Of a stretch of DNA of 64,000 nucleotides, positions 1-9,496 are shown piece by piece; position 1 is the first letter of the stretch, and the number at the start of each line of letters is the position of its first letter. This DNA comes from an uncultured Gammaproteobacteria bacterium (GTDB lineage Bacteria > Patescibacteriota > Microgenomatia > Levybacterales > GWA1-39-11), in contig CAYYLC010000002.1 in the NCBI GenBank assembly GCA_964472415.1, positions 96,470 to 160,469 on the forward strand, written 5' to 3'. The translations under genes were made by a program, and so were the position numbers. The notes below the pieces were generated by a model. It was not told the origin of the DNA. It saw nothing but the letters and a program-made list of their open reading frames with translations, and searched no databases.

Positions 1-152
1 TTTTTTTGCTCGTTTTTCCCAAAACACAATTACATCATGTATCTGTGGAGCATGAAGCACATACGGAAGACTACTCGCCAAAACATTATCACCTGGAGAA
101 AATTTCGGCATCATGCTATGTCCAGAAATTCGAAAAACTTTTAGAAGCATTT

Positions 153-617
153 TTATTTGTGAGAAACAAGCTCCCCTTCTGTAGGAAACCCGGAAGAAAT
201 TCGGATAGGCTCAAATCCTTTTGTTTTATAAAAGATTTCAGAAATCACTAAGCATTTTTCTACTAATTCTTTCGCAAGATCCACATCAACTTTCTGTCTA
301 GTTTTTGCAGATAATCCCACCGCTTCTTGCAGTAGCTTTTCGAGTTGCGGGTTTGCTTCATAATGCTCTGGCTTAAAATAATCATTTTTTAACGTCATAA
401 GTTCTTTTTCAACTGTTGATCCGTGGTCTTCTTTTACCCGTATGACTCTTGCTACATCATGCATTTGTGTATGCTCACCGAGAAGCTGGCTCATGCGCAA
501 AACTGTATGTGCTGCAATCTGGAGAGGAGTAGGCTCATAAATCCCACAGGGAATATCGCAATGAGCATACGCCGTATCGTAAGGAAGTATTGAAGATATC
601 AAACTGAGGACTTTCAT
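153..617 (-). CDS. sodN: Nickel superoxide dismutase precursor (Ni-SOD)
   Basis: After an 18-aa propeptide the sequence is HCDIPCGIYEPTP, i.e. the Ni-hook motif His-Cys-x-x-Pro-Cys-Gly-x-Tyr of the mature N-terminus. Size ~150 aa fits SodN. Confidence 0.75.
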   Translation of the reverse strand: MKVLSLISSILPYDTAYAHCDIPCGIYEPTPLQIAAHTVLRMSQLLGEHTQMHDVARVIRVKEDHGSTVEKELMTLKNDYFKPEHYEANPQLEKLLQEAVGLSAKTRQKVDVDLAKELVEKCLVISEIFYKTKGFEPIRISSGFPTEGELVSHK

Positions 618-618
618 T

Positions 619-1176
619 GTGTATAATGTATATCATAGAATGAAATTGTCGTCAAACGAGCTGGCATTAGTTCAGAGCATTTTTACGTTTTGCCCAAACT
701 GCGCAACGAAATTCAATACCACAAATCTCTCCTCGAAAACTTGTCCTCATTGTGATCTCCACTTCTACATTAACCCTTCACCCACTACAGGAATAGTTTT
801 ACGAAATGAAAAAGGCGAAATACTTCTGGTTAAACGGAAAATTGATCCAGGAAAAGGATTGTGGGATATTCCCGGAGGATTTGTAGACTTAAATGAGGAT
901 CTGGAAACATCTCTTGCAAGAGAATTAAAAGAGGAGCTCGGAATAGACATGCATAATTTTACCTATTTAAAATCTAAAATAGATATTTATCAATATGGTA
1001 ATCGATACCAGCAAACAATCGGGGTAATTTTTGAGGGGACTATATCTTCATCTGAAAAACTTTCCGCATCAGATGACATATCTGACTTTAAATTTTTTAC
1101 AAAAGAAAATTTTCCAATTGATAAAATTGCATTTAAAAGTCTTGAAGAATTCTTTAGAGAATATTTAAATTTATAA
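619..1176 (+). CDS. NUDIX hydrolase with N-terminal zinc ribbon
   Basis: CPNC...CPHC zinc ribbon, then Nudix box GGFVDLNEDLETSLARELKEELGI (GX5EX7REUXEEXGU). Confidence 0.7.
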   Translation: MYNVYHRMKLSSNELALVQSIFTFCPNCATKFNTTNLSSKTCPHCDLHFYINPSPTTGIVLRNEKGEILLVKRKIDPGKGLWDIPGGFVDLNEDLETSLARELKEELGIDMHNFTYLKSKIDIYQYGNRYQQTIGVIFEGTISSSEKLSASDDISDFKFFTKENFPIDKIAFKSLEEFFREYLNL

Positions 1177-1180
1177 ACGT

Positions 1181-2251
1181 ATGCTACAGAAACCATTTTA
1201 TGATCCTCAGAAAAGCTATGAAGAAAATTATGAAAACGGACCGTTCGGTGTATTCCAAAATAAAAAATTATACAAAAATTCTTCCCCTCCCAAATACAAC
1301 TTTCATGGATATAGGGTAAATCTTCCGTTTGGAATTCCAGCAGGACCACTCTTAAATAGCAAGTTTGTAAAAGGAGCATTTGAAAAAGGCTTTGATATCG
1401 CAGTATATAAAACTATTCGTACAAGATTTTTCCCGTGTCATCCGTTCCCAAATATTTTAAGCTTAAGCCTTACTGAAAATCTTACTCTCAAACGAGCAAA
1501 AACGCCACTTATCGCAACGAGCGATTACGGAGAGCCACTCTCAATCACAAATTCATTTGGTGTCCCTTCTAAGGATCCTTCTCTGTGGCAAGAAGATGTA
1601 GAAAAGGCAGTTTCCTATGCACAAGAAGGGCAGATTTTAGTACTCAGCTTTATGGGAACTATAAAAAAGGATCAAACACCAAAAGAATTCTTAGAAGACT
1701 TTAGTCTTGCCGCCAAACTTTCAAATGAAACAAACGCAAAAATCCTTGAAGCAAATCTCTCCTGCCCAAATATCGGGAATGAGGGACTGGTATGCTATGA
1801 CCTAAACATGACTCGAAAAATTACCGAAAAAATCCGCCGAAAAATTGGGAACAAACCGCTTATTCTAAAGGTAGGATACTACCAAAATAATTCTGACCTG
1901 GAAGAACTTGCGAGAATTGCCCATGATTACAGTGTATCAATCGCGTCTATCAATACTATTCCTGGGATAATTGTAAATAAAAACGGCAGTCAGGCACTTC
2001 CCGGGAATGTAGCACGACTCAGATCAGGTGTATGCGGAAGCGCTATTAAATGGGCAGGGATTGATCAAGTAAAAAGGCTGAAAACTATCCGAGAAAAAAA
2101 TGACTACAAGTTTTTTATCGAAGGAGTTGGTGGAGTTATGAACCCAGATGACTATCATGCATACAAAAATACTGGCGCTGATAGTGTTATGAGCGCAACG
2201 GGCAGCATGTGGAATCCGCTTCTCGCACAGGAAATAAAAGAAACTCTTTAA
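1181..2251 (+). CDS. Dihydroorotate dehydrogenase-family (class 1-like) flavoenzyme
   Basis: NLSCPN active-site motif and C-terminal IEGVGGV glycine motif typical of the DHOD/DHPD TIM-barrel family. Confidence 0.5.
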   Translation: MLQKPFYDPQKSYEENYENGPFGVFQNKKLYKNSSPPKYNFHGYRVNLPFGIPAGPLLNSKFVKGAFEKGFDIAVYKTIRTRFFPCHPFPNILSLSLTENLTLKRAKTPLIATSDYGEPLSITNSFGVPSKDPSLWQEDVEKAVSYAQEGQILVLSFMGTIKKDQTPKEFLEDFSLAAKLSNETNAKILEANLSCPNIGNEGLVCYDLNMTRKITEKIRRKIGNKPLILKVGYYQNNSDLEELARIAHDYSVSIASINTIPGIIVNKNGSQALPGNVARLRSGVCGSAIKWAGIDQVKRLKTIREKNDYKFFIEGVGGVMNPDDYHAYKNTGADSVMSATGSMWNPLLAQEIKETL

Positions 2252-3111
2252 GACTTTTGTGGAAGGGGGCAAATCATCTCAGCATCCTGCTTTGCTCGTT
2301 CCAGGTTTTCTTTATTGATTAACACATCTTGAAATGCTTCATCCTTCTTCTCCAACAAATCTCTGCATAGCACAATATCTTTTTCAATAAGTCGCTTCTT
2401 TTCAGTTTCTGATAATGAATTTAGGATCGTCACCGGATACATCTGAGGATCTTCGACTAAATCATGAAGGTTCCCCTCACCTGGGTAATTCCACGCAATT
2501 GCCGGAACTCCCTTACACTGCGTATATGCAGTTGCATCTTGTGAAAGTTTTGTATTCGTAATTAACCAAACATTATCAATATCATTTTTCTGTTTTACAT
2601 CCAAAAATCGAGCATAAGTATAGAGTGCAGTTTGGACATCACTTTTTGTACTATGTGAGTTATGAAACTTTGCCTCAACAATTTGCCGAGTATTATTTTT
2701 CATAAGCAATAAATCTATCTCGTGACTCACGCAGTCTCCCCGCATTGTAATCCCCACCTCAACACTATACCCTTGATCTCTAAAAATCCGAGCAAGATAC
2801 TGTTCGAAGGGAAACCCTGTAGGACCTAATTCAAAAATTGCCTGGCGAAGATTAAATCGAAGAGAAGACTTTCTATCTCTTGGCTCGAGAAAATTTACAA
2901 TTCTCTGATAAATTTCATCAGTTGTGATTTCTCCCTGCAGATCTTTCTTTATTTCCTGCATTACCTCATGCCGTAAATTATCCGGCACCCCAACACGACT
3001 CATAGAACGAAAGACTTTTTTTTCAGAGAACGGTTCTCGCTCTCCACTTCTTTTAACAACTACAATTTCGGGCATATGATCATCATAACAATAAAAGGAT
3101 TTAGAGAACAA
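2248..3111 (-). CDS. ATP-cone domain protein fused to restriction-endonuclease-like (Mrr-like) domain
   Basis: N-terminal ATP-cone pattern (VVKRSGEREPFSEKKVFRSM...), C-terminal PD-(D/E)xK-like region (HEIDLLL...EAKF). Confidence 0.45.
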   Translation of the reverse strand: MFSKSFYCYDDHMPEIVVVKRSGEREPFSEKKVFRSMSRVGVPDNLRHEVMQEIKKDLQGEITTDEIYQRIVNFLEPRDRKSSLRFNLRQAIFELGPTGFPFEQYLARIFRDQGYSVEVGITMRGDCVSHEIDLLLMKNNTRQIVEAKFHNSHSTKSDVQTALYTYARFLDVKQKNDIDNVWLITNTKLSQDATAYTQCKGVPAIAWNYPGEGNLHDLVEDPQMYPVTILNSLSETEKKRLIEKDIVLCRDLLEKKDEAFQDVLINKENLERAKQDAEMICPLPQKS

Positions 3112-3122
3112 GGAGTGTGAGG

Positions 3123-4922
3123 TTAAATATTTTTAAGAAGAAAATTTATTCTTCTTATCAAATATTCGTGTGCCGAATTCGAGACCTCTTTATTCCTCGT
3201 AAGGCTTTTTACACTGTTTTTTAAATCATGGAGATACCTTTTTTCTAGGGTATTATTCTTTTGTGCCCTCTGTGCCAATTTTGCTTTTGTAGAAATTTCA
3301 ATGTATGCTCCTAGCTTCAACTCTTTATCCTTATATAAAACTTTTATGTTTTTTATAAGTGTTGGATATGCAACAGTCTCCAACACATAACTATCTGAGC
3401 TCGTGTTTTTACTAAAATCTATATAATAAATATCTGTCTCTTTATTAACCTTTTCATTAAATGAGAATTGATTCACATTACCTCCCTCATCATAAAAATA
3501 CGTATCTAAATTATAGCTTGTTTTCTCACTTGCAGAAATCTCGATTCTATATTCTCCACTAGACGGCTTAGAAAGATATACGATCTTTAATGGCTTCGCA
3601 TTTGATACCGCCTCTCCTACAGGATCAGAAATGGGCTCTTCAATTACCAAGTCCCCCACTTCATTACCATCTCCATCAAACATCTTAATGTCTACATTTT
3701 CATCCACAACAAGCATTATGTATGAGAGGTCAGTATTTGAGGGAGCAAACTGTGAGATATTTTGAAACGAATTCGCATATAACGCAAGACTACCTCTATC
3801 ATAATAGGGATCATTTATAAGAATATCATCATCAACATATCCTTTTCCCACGACAAAGTGCCCAGGAACGCTCAATATCGATGGAATATTACCATCAATC
3901 CCATCTTTAACATACTGATGATTCGATGAGTTGATCCGAGAGTATTCAAGTGCATCAAAGCTTACGGCATTACGGTTTGCAATCTGCTTAGAAAGCCGGG
4001 ACAACGCGAGCCAATTAACAAGCCCACCTCGAACATATCCATCAGGCTGAGATCTGAGCCAAGTATTCATACTCCCCGGATCAAGCTGTACACCGCCCAA
4101 CATTGTGTCAAGTCCATAGAATTGAAAAACCATCGCAGCAGAAGTTACCGCACACCCCCACGTCGCCATATCCGTTCCACCCACCGCCCATAAATTTGCA
4201 GTATCATACAGGTCATCATTCCATGGAGAAGATGTTTGCTTGAGAGCTGGAACGGGAAGGGAGACACCATCAACATGATCAAGAGTAGTAACCCTTACAT
4301 TATCAAACCATGTCTCAGAATTGGGATTAGCGCCAGTTCCTATTCTCAAAGCAACTTTCCCTGCTGGCATATATACCGACAGCTGTGCTTCTCTCACCAG
4401 CTTATCATCTATATATGCTTTTAAATTTAATCCATCTACAACAACTTTTATGTGATACTGTCTACCTGCCTGATATCTTTCAACACTTGAATAAACAAGC
4501 TCTCCACCCCGCGGATATGTGAATTCGAATCCTCCCGGAATTTGAAAATGCAACTCATACAACTGTCCTACTGACGGCAGCATTCTATACACTAAATTAT
4601 GGTCAACGCCCACACCGAACCTCACATCTGCTTCAAAAATATAATCGCTAATTGGTGTAGGCCACACACTATCATTTGGCATGATATTGCTCAAACACGA
4701 ACCTCTATTCGTAATTCGAGAATAAGCTTCTCCATTTTGCACAACCCAATCAATAGGACAATTTTCTAAAACCTCAACCCATCGAGAAGGGAATGAGCCA
4801 TTCAGATACAAATCAAAATTATCTTCAAAAATTACTTCTGCACGTACACTTAATGGGAAAAGAAACAAAAGGATAAGCGGAAACAATAAGGATAATAGAA
4901 TATAATAAAATTTTCTTATCAC
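3123..4922 (-). CDS. Secreted protein, concanavalin/LamG-like domain plus putative C39-like cysteine peptidase domain
   Basis: N-terminal signal/TM (LLSLLFPLILLFLFPLSVRA). WGCAVTSAAMVFQFYG resembles a papain/C39-like catalytic Cys region. Confidence 0.4.
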   Translation of the reverse strand: MIRKFYYILLSLLFPLILLFLFPLSVRAEVIFEDNFDLYLNGSFPSRWVEVLENCPIDWVVQNGEAYSRITNRGSCLSNIMPNDSVWPTPISDYIFEADVRFGVGVDHNLVYRMLPSVGQLYELHFQIPGGFEFTYPRGGELVYSSVERYQAGRQYHIKVVVDGLNLKAYIDDKLVREAQLSVYMPAGKVALRIGTGANPNSETWFDNVRVTTLDHVDGVSLPVPALKQTSSPWNDDLYDTANLWAVGGTDMATWGCAVTSAAMVFQFYGLDTMLGGVQLDPGSMNTWLRSQPDGYVRGGLVNWLALSRLSKQIANRNAVSFDALEYSRINSSNHQYVKDGIDGNIPSILSVPGHFVVGKGYVDDDILINDPYYDRGSLALYANSFQNISQFAPSNTDLSYIMLVVDENVDIKMFDGDGNEVGDLVIEEPISDPVGEAVSNAKPLKIVYLSKPSSGEYRIEISASEKTSYNLDTYFYDEGGNVNQFSFNEKVNKETDIYYIDFSKNTSSDSYVLETVAYPTLIKNIKVLYKDKELKLGAYIEISTKAKLAQRAQKNNTLEKRYLHDLKNSVKSLTRNKEVSNSAHEYLIRRINFLLKNI

Positions 4923-4952
4923 TAAAATTAGTGTAGAATTATAAAATCTAAG

Positions 4953-5741
4953 ATGTCAATACGTAAAAACATATCAAACCTATCACCATATGACATAGAG
5001 CTTCTTCGCAACAAATTTGCAGAAAATAACCAGTATAAAAAATTCAAAGAGTTATATAAAAAAGGTGTCCCTGAAATTAAAAACAGAAATACCAATAACC
5101 TATGGAGTAAAAAATTTACAAAAATCGAAACAATTAACGAGAAAGATATGATGACAAAAGAAAAAATATCATATATCGCTAGCTTTCTGAAATCGCAGAA
5201 CGAAAAGTTTAAATTACTTGATATAGGAATTGGACAAGCATATCTGGAACAAGAGTTAACAAATAGGGGCATTAAGCTTCAGCTGTCTGCTGTAGATATC
5301 TCTGAATTAAGTATAGAACGAGTTAAGAAAAAATATAAAGGTGAGGCACATACTGCAGATGCTCTAACTATAAAGAAGCTATTTAAACCAAAATCGTTTG
5401 ATGTGATAGTAGCAATTGAAGTTATTGAGCACATTCCACCTCATCAGATCTTTTCACTTTACAAACAGGCTTACCAACTTTTAAAACCTGGAGGATTATT
5501 TATAATTTCAACTCCAACTAATGAAAATCTCTCAGAAATGAAAACTAATCCAAATGCCCATGTACGAGAATATACGATACCCATCCTAAAGACAGAATTT
5601 GAATTAAATAGATTCGAGATTCTAAATATCAAAACTCATGTAGCTTTTCAAACTCTTTATCGCTTTAAGAAAATACTCATGCACATCTTTCCTAATCGTT
5701 GGAAGCCAAACAACATCATAGTCATTGCTAAAAAAGTATAA
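4953..5741 (+). CDS. Class I SAM-dependent methyltransferase
   Basis: Motif I LLDIGIGQAYL and post-I LKPGGLFIISTP. Confidence 0.6.
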   Translation: MSIRKNISNLSPYDIELLRNKFAENNQYKKFKELYKKGVPEIKNRNTNNLWSKKFTKIETINEKDMMTKEKISYIASFLKSQNEKFKLLDIGIGQAYLEQELTNRGIKLQLSAVDISELSIERVKKKYKGEAHTADALTIKKLFKPKSFDVIVAIEVIEHIPPHQIFSLYKQAYQLLKPGGLFIISTPTNENLSEMKTNPNAHVREYTIPILKTEFELNRFEILNIKTHVAFQTLYRFKKILMHIFPNRWKPNNIIVIAKKV

Positions 5742-5841
5742 TAATTATTTCAAATAGTTTTATCGCATTCCCCTTTACAGAATAGGCTCAAACTTCAAAT
5801 GAACCCCTTAACAACTCACTAAAAAAGTGTAAACTATATAT

Positions 5842-6372
5842 ATGAAACTTATTCTTGTGATGGTAACCTCTCTGGATGGGAGATCCACGAAAGGCACTGT
5901 TTCAGACACGCATGTCTGGACATCTCCTGAAGATCAGAAACACTTTCTTACCATCCGCGACAACGCGTCACTTCTCATTATGGGAAGCAAGACTTATGAG
6001 GCAGTAAAGAAATCCATGACACACGCTCCAGAAAAATTGAGGGTAGTTATCACGAGAAATCCTGAGAAATACGCGAGTGAAAAAATCCCTGGCAAGCTTG
6101 AATTTTCAAGTGAAGATCCTCGTGATTTGATAGAGCGACTGGAAAAAAAGGGCTACATAGAAGGATATCTCGTGGGAGGCGCTCATACCAATACTGAATT
6201 TATTAAGCAGGGACTTGTAACCGAACTATGGCAAACACTAGAGCCAAAAATATTAGGGGTAGGGAATGGCATTATCGGAGAAGAACTATCTGAATCTTCA
6301 TGGAAACTGTTAAGTTACGAAAAACTCAATGAGACGGGAACGCTTCTTTTGAAGAATAAATTTTTAGAGTAA
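5842..6372 (+). CDS. Dihydrofolate reductase-family protein (RibD C-terminal domain-like)
   Basis: MKLILVMVTSLDGRS...LIMGSKTYEAV...YLVGGAHTNTEFIKQGLV pattern of the DHFR/RibD_C fold. Confidence 0.5.
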   Translation: MKLILVMVTSLDGRSTKGTVSDTHVWTSPEDQKHFLTIRDNASLLIMGSKTYEAVKKSMTHAPEKLRVVITRNPEKYASEKIPGKLEFSSEDPRDLIERLEKKGYIEGYLVGGAHTNTEFIKQGLVTELWQTLEPKILGVGNGIIGEELSESSWKLLSYEKLNETGTLLLKNKFLE

Positions 6373-7782
6373 TATTTGCTGACTATTTTTCTCCTCTAAA
6401 TTTTCTAGCGACACAATCTTTTTATAATTCTTTTCATCTTTCAGAAATGATCTCAGAATCTTATACACATCAAAATCTGTGAGTACGAGATCGGTATTTT
6501 TCTCACCATTCATAACCTCTTCATATTTTCCCAAATAACACCAATTATTAAAAACCAATCCTTCTGTTGATTCTCCATATTGTTCTCTTATCATAATAGG
6601 CCCGTTAAACGGCCAGGCGGTAAGCTTTGTTTTGGAAAACGCCATAACAAATCGAGCATTATAAATGGCAGGATTTTCTTTTCCTACACATGCTCCTTTA
6701 CACCAACCCAAATGGTAGGAAAAACAAGGACCGGAATTATTACTCATCCCGAGCATTTTCTCGCACAATGTGTAGTCTTTTAAAAGCGTTCGCAGGAGAG
6801 CAGTTGACTGCTTTTGGGATTTGGTTATCGCGAGAACATTTTCGATATTATCCACCTCTATTTCATTCGTAGTTTTTGTGAGAACAGAAAAATATCCATT
6901 CTTTTCAATTTGCTCCATATACGTAAGTCGCCTCGCGTATCTGAGCTTCCTATTATATATAGGCTGCAGTTTTTTAATCAGCTCTGACTCCAAAAGCAGG
7001 GCTCCTAATTCTCCTGATGTTTTAATTGACTCGATCCGTTTTATTTGCTGCGTTATCTCAAGTTCTCGAGAAGACTCGGTGTCGTTACTAAAGTGTGAGA
7101 GGACGCGTTCTTTTATATTCACACTCTTTCCGATATATAACGGGATCTCTCCATCTCCAAAAAACAAATACACTCCAGGCCCTTCAGGAAGTTTTTCAAT
7201 TTCTCCTACTAATAAATGTGGGGGAAGCGAGGGATTTTTGAGAATTTCAGCATATGCATTCTGGATTTTTTCCTCGGATACACTTTCTGGTATTTTTTGC
7301 AGAAAATCCCACACAACTTTTGCGTCATCAAGCGCTCGATGACGCCGTGCACATTCGATTCCAAATCGCTCAATAATATTATCCAGCGAATGTTTTCTAT
7401 ATGTGGGGAAAAGTGTACGAGAAAGTTTTACTGTACATAACTGCTTTGCACGAAACTCTCTATCATGACGTTTAAATTCACTCTTAACAAATGCGTAATC
7501 AAATCGAGAATTATGCGCTACAAATATTGCATCAGACAACATCTCTAAAAGCTCATCTTCAATATCTGAAAATGTAGGCATTGACACTAACTGTCCCGAA
7601 GAAATTCCAGTAAGATTTTCTATAAATGGAGAAATTGCTCCGCCAGGATTCAGAAGTGTTTCAAATGTTTTAACGACACTCCCTTTTTCGATTCGCAATA
7701 CGCCAATTTCAATAATTCGATCAAACGAACTACTTCCACCAGTAGTCTCTATGTCTACAACGGCAAGGTTATTGAGTCGCAT
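6364..7782 (-). CDS. DnaQ-like 3'-5' exonuclease fused to GIY-YIG nuclease domain (Cho/UvrC-homolog-like)
   Basis: Exo motifs VVDIETTG and HNSRFDYAF...ALDDAK, followed by GIY-YIG region GVYLFFGDGEIPLYIGKSVNIKERVLSHF. Confidence 0.7.
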   Translation of the reverse strand: MRLNNLAVVDIETTGGSSSFDRIIEIGVLRIEKGSVVKTFETLLNPGGAISPFIENLTGISSGQLVSMPTFSDIEDELLEMLSDAIFVAHNSRFDYAFVKSEFKRHDREFRAKQLCTVKLSRTLFPTYRKHSLDNIIERFGIECARRHRALDDAKVVWDFLQKIPESVSEEKIQNAYAEILKNPSLPPHLLVGEIEKLPEGPGVYLFFGDGEIPLYIGKSVNIKERVLSHFSNDTESSRELEITQQIKRIESIKTSGELGALLLESELIKKLQPIYNRKLRYARRLTYMEQIEKNGYFSVLTKTTNEIEVDNIENVLAITKSQKQSTALLRTLLKDYTLCEKMLGMSNNSGPCFSYHLGWCKGACVGKENPAIYNARFVMAFSKTKLTAWPFNGPIMIREQYGESTEGLVFNNWCYLGKYEEVMNGEKNTDLVLTDFDVYKILRSFLKDEKNYKKIVSLENLEEKNSQQILL

Positions 7783-7851
7783 AAAAGGCTTCTCAGAATA
7801 AATGATTTCAGATAAATTTGCAACAAAAATACTCCCTACAGAAAGTGCAGA

Positions 7852-8802
7852 CTAATGAATCAATATCTCTACAAAAACAAATAATAAATACAGCATCAAT
7901 AGCAAAAATCCTTCCAGTCGTGACACCGAATTATTGGTTCTTGAGAAATAGTAAAATACAATAAGCCCTACAATAAGAAAAAGCAAGCTTACTAAATAGC
8001 TATTAGATAAGTAAACGGGTTTTCCATGTAAAAAAGTAAGGAGTCCGAATATAAATGTATTAAATGCTGCTGAACCTACATAATCTCCAAAGGCTACTTG
8101 ATTACTTTTCATAAACATCGATCGAACAACTAACGTCAATTCTGGAATATTTGTTCCTATCCCAATTATTAATAAGCTAATTAAGAATGGAGAAACGTGG
8201 AGTAGTTCTGAAAAGAAAATTGTCTGATCAACAACAAACCTACTTGCAATAAATATTATAACTACTCCTAAGAGGATTTTTAAAAATTCACGGCCGGTTT
8301 TAATTGATGAAAGTTTTTTTAAACCATCATTCGCATTAAATAGTCCTCTTTTTGTTTGAATAATAATTACAAGTATGACGAATAGCGCCATTGCGACGAT
8401 GCCATCTGACTGACTGACTTCTCCGTCAATAGAAAGAAGTACGGGCATAGCAATCGTGACAAGTGACAGCACTAATGAAACGCCTCCAAATTCTTTTGTT
8501 ATTTTGATTTTACTTCCCGTTATAGCAAGCAACGGAACAATCATCATAAAAATTACAATTGTTGCACCGATAAGATTTCCTACATATATTTCTGGATCAT
8601 TTACAGTAAGTGCATTTACTCCCACGGAAAACTCGCTTAACGAGGTGAAAAATCCCAGAATTATAAACGAGAGTGCAAACGAAGAAAGCTTGAGGTTTTT
8701 TGAAAGCCTCTCAACAGAACTAATAGCAAGCCCGGCACCTACCCAAACACCTACAAAAGAAAGCAGGTAGATGAGAAGATTTGATAGAACCATACTAATC
8801 AA
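7852..8802 (-). CDS. Ca2+/Na+ antiporter family (CaCA, YrbG-like) membrane protein
   Basis: Multi-TM protein with two alpha-repeat-like motifs (GNLIGATIVI, GIGTNIPEL). Confidence 0.55.
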   Translation of the reverse strand: MISMVLSNLLIYLLSFVGVWVGAGLAISSVERLSKNLKLSSFALSFIILGFFTSLSEFSVGVNALTVNDPEIYVGNLIGATIVIFMMIVPLLAITGSKIKITKEFGGVSLVLSLVTIAMPVLLSIDGEVSQSDGIVAMALFVILVIIIQTKRGLFNANDGLKKLSSIKTGREFLKILLGVVIIFIASRFVVDQTIFFSELLHVSPFLISLLIIGIGTNIPELTLVVRSMFMKSNQVAFGDYVGSAAFNTFIFGLLTFLHGKPVYLSNSYLVSLLFLIVGLIVFYYFSRTNNSVSRLEGFLLLMLYLLFVFVEILIH

Positions 8803-8983
8803 TCATAACAGGTTTAAAAAAAAAGTGAAAATATCTCTGTTCAATAATATGCTGAATATATACATGTTTTTACAGGTTTTATAAAAAAACACATCGCTCC
8901 TATTGCTTGTTGGAGAAAGCTTCATCAGATATAATATGGGGACGGAATTAGAAGCTGAATATTTTTTAGTAAAATTCTTTTGT

Positions 8984-9073
8984 GGAGGAGTCGCATAGTT
9001 GGCCCATTGCGGGGGATTGCTAATCCCCTGAGTAGCAATACTCGCGCAGGTTCGAATCCTGTCTCCTCCGCCA
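8984..9073 (+). tRNA. tRNA-Ser (anticodon GCU), CCA encoded
   Basis: Cloverleaf by eye: acceptor GGAGGAG/CTCCTCC, 3-bp D stem with long D loop, anticodon stem GGGGA/TCCCC, loop TTGCTAA, long variable arm, T loop TTCGAAT. Confidence 0.8.
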
Positions 9074-9074
9074 C

Positions 9075-9157
9075 GGAGAGGTCGCATAGTGGACTAGTGC
9101 AGCGGTCTTGAAAACCGCCAACCGAAAGGTTCGGGGGTTCGAATCCCCCCCTCTCCG
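9075..9157 (+). tRNA. tRNA-Ser (anticodon UGA)
   Basis: Acceptor GGAGAGG/CCTCTCC, anticodon stem GCGGT/ACCGC, loop CTTGAAA, long variable arm, T arm GGGGG-TTCGAAT-CCCCC. Begins 1 nt after the previous tRNA. Confidence 0.8.
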
Positions 9158-9216
9158 CATATTCTCATAACCTACTTCTCTATTCATCGGTTGCCTGCTG
9201 TGCTATCATTATATAT

Positions 9217-9489
9217 ATGTACCAGCCTAAAAAACTTACTCCACATATCCAATATTCTAATACTTCAGCACTTCTTGAAATCGATGATGAACTAAATCCA
9301 TTTATCACGATACATCACGAAACATTAGACACCCATAACCTTCTTGAGTCACTCAATGATCTAAAAATCAGGCACTGCGGAGAACAGGTTCTTCTTACTC
9401 CTGATCTCACGATTCACGAAAACCAATTTGAACTATCCACAGACATTCCACCTCGACCTAAAAACTCTTTTCTGAGAAAAATATTTTAG
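9217..9489 (+). CDS. Hypothetical small protein upstream of VirD4-like gene
   Basis: 90-aa ORF ending 8 nt before the next CDS. No recognisable motif. Confidence 0.3.
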   Translation: MYQPKKLTPHIQYSNTSALLEIDDELNPFITIHHETLDTHNLLESLNDLKIRHCGEQVLLTPDLTIHENQFELSTDIPPRPKNSFLRKIF

Positions 9490-9496
9490 ACTGTCT

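Noticed and set aside
6-251. 81-aa plus-strand ORF at the window start
   Set aside because: It overlaps the antisense strand of the well-supported Ni-SOD gene and carries no motif.
6580-7440. Cluster of plus-strand ORFs (67, 60, 173 and 74 aa) inside the exonuclease/GIY-YIG gene
   Set aside because: All are antisense to a long motif-supported CDS. They are typical shadow ORFs.
8803-9087. 94-aa minus-strand ORF across the tRNA-Ser genes
   Set aside because: It overlaps two well-formed tRNA genes and is not a protein gene.
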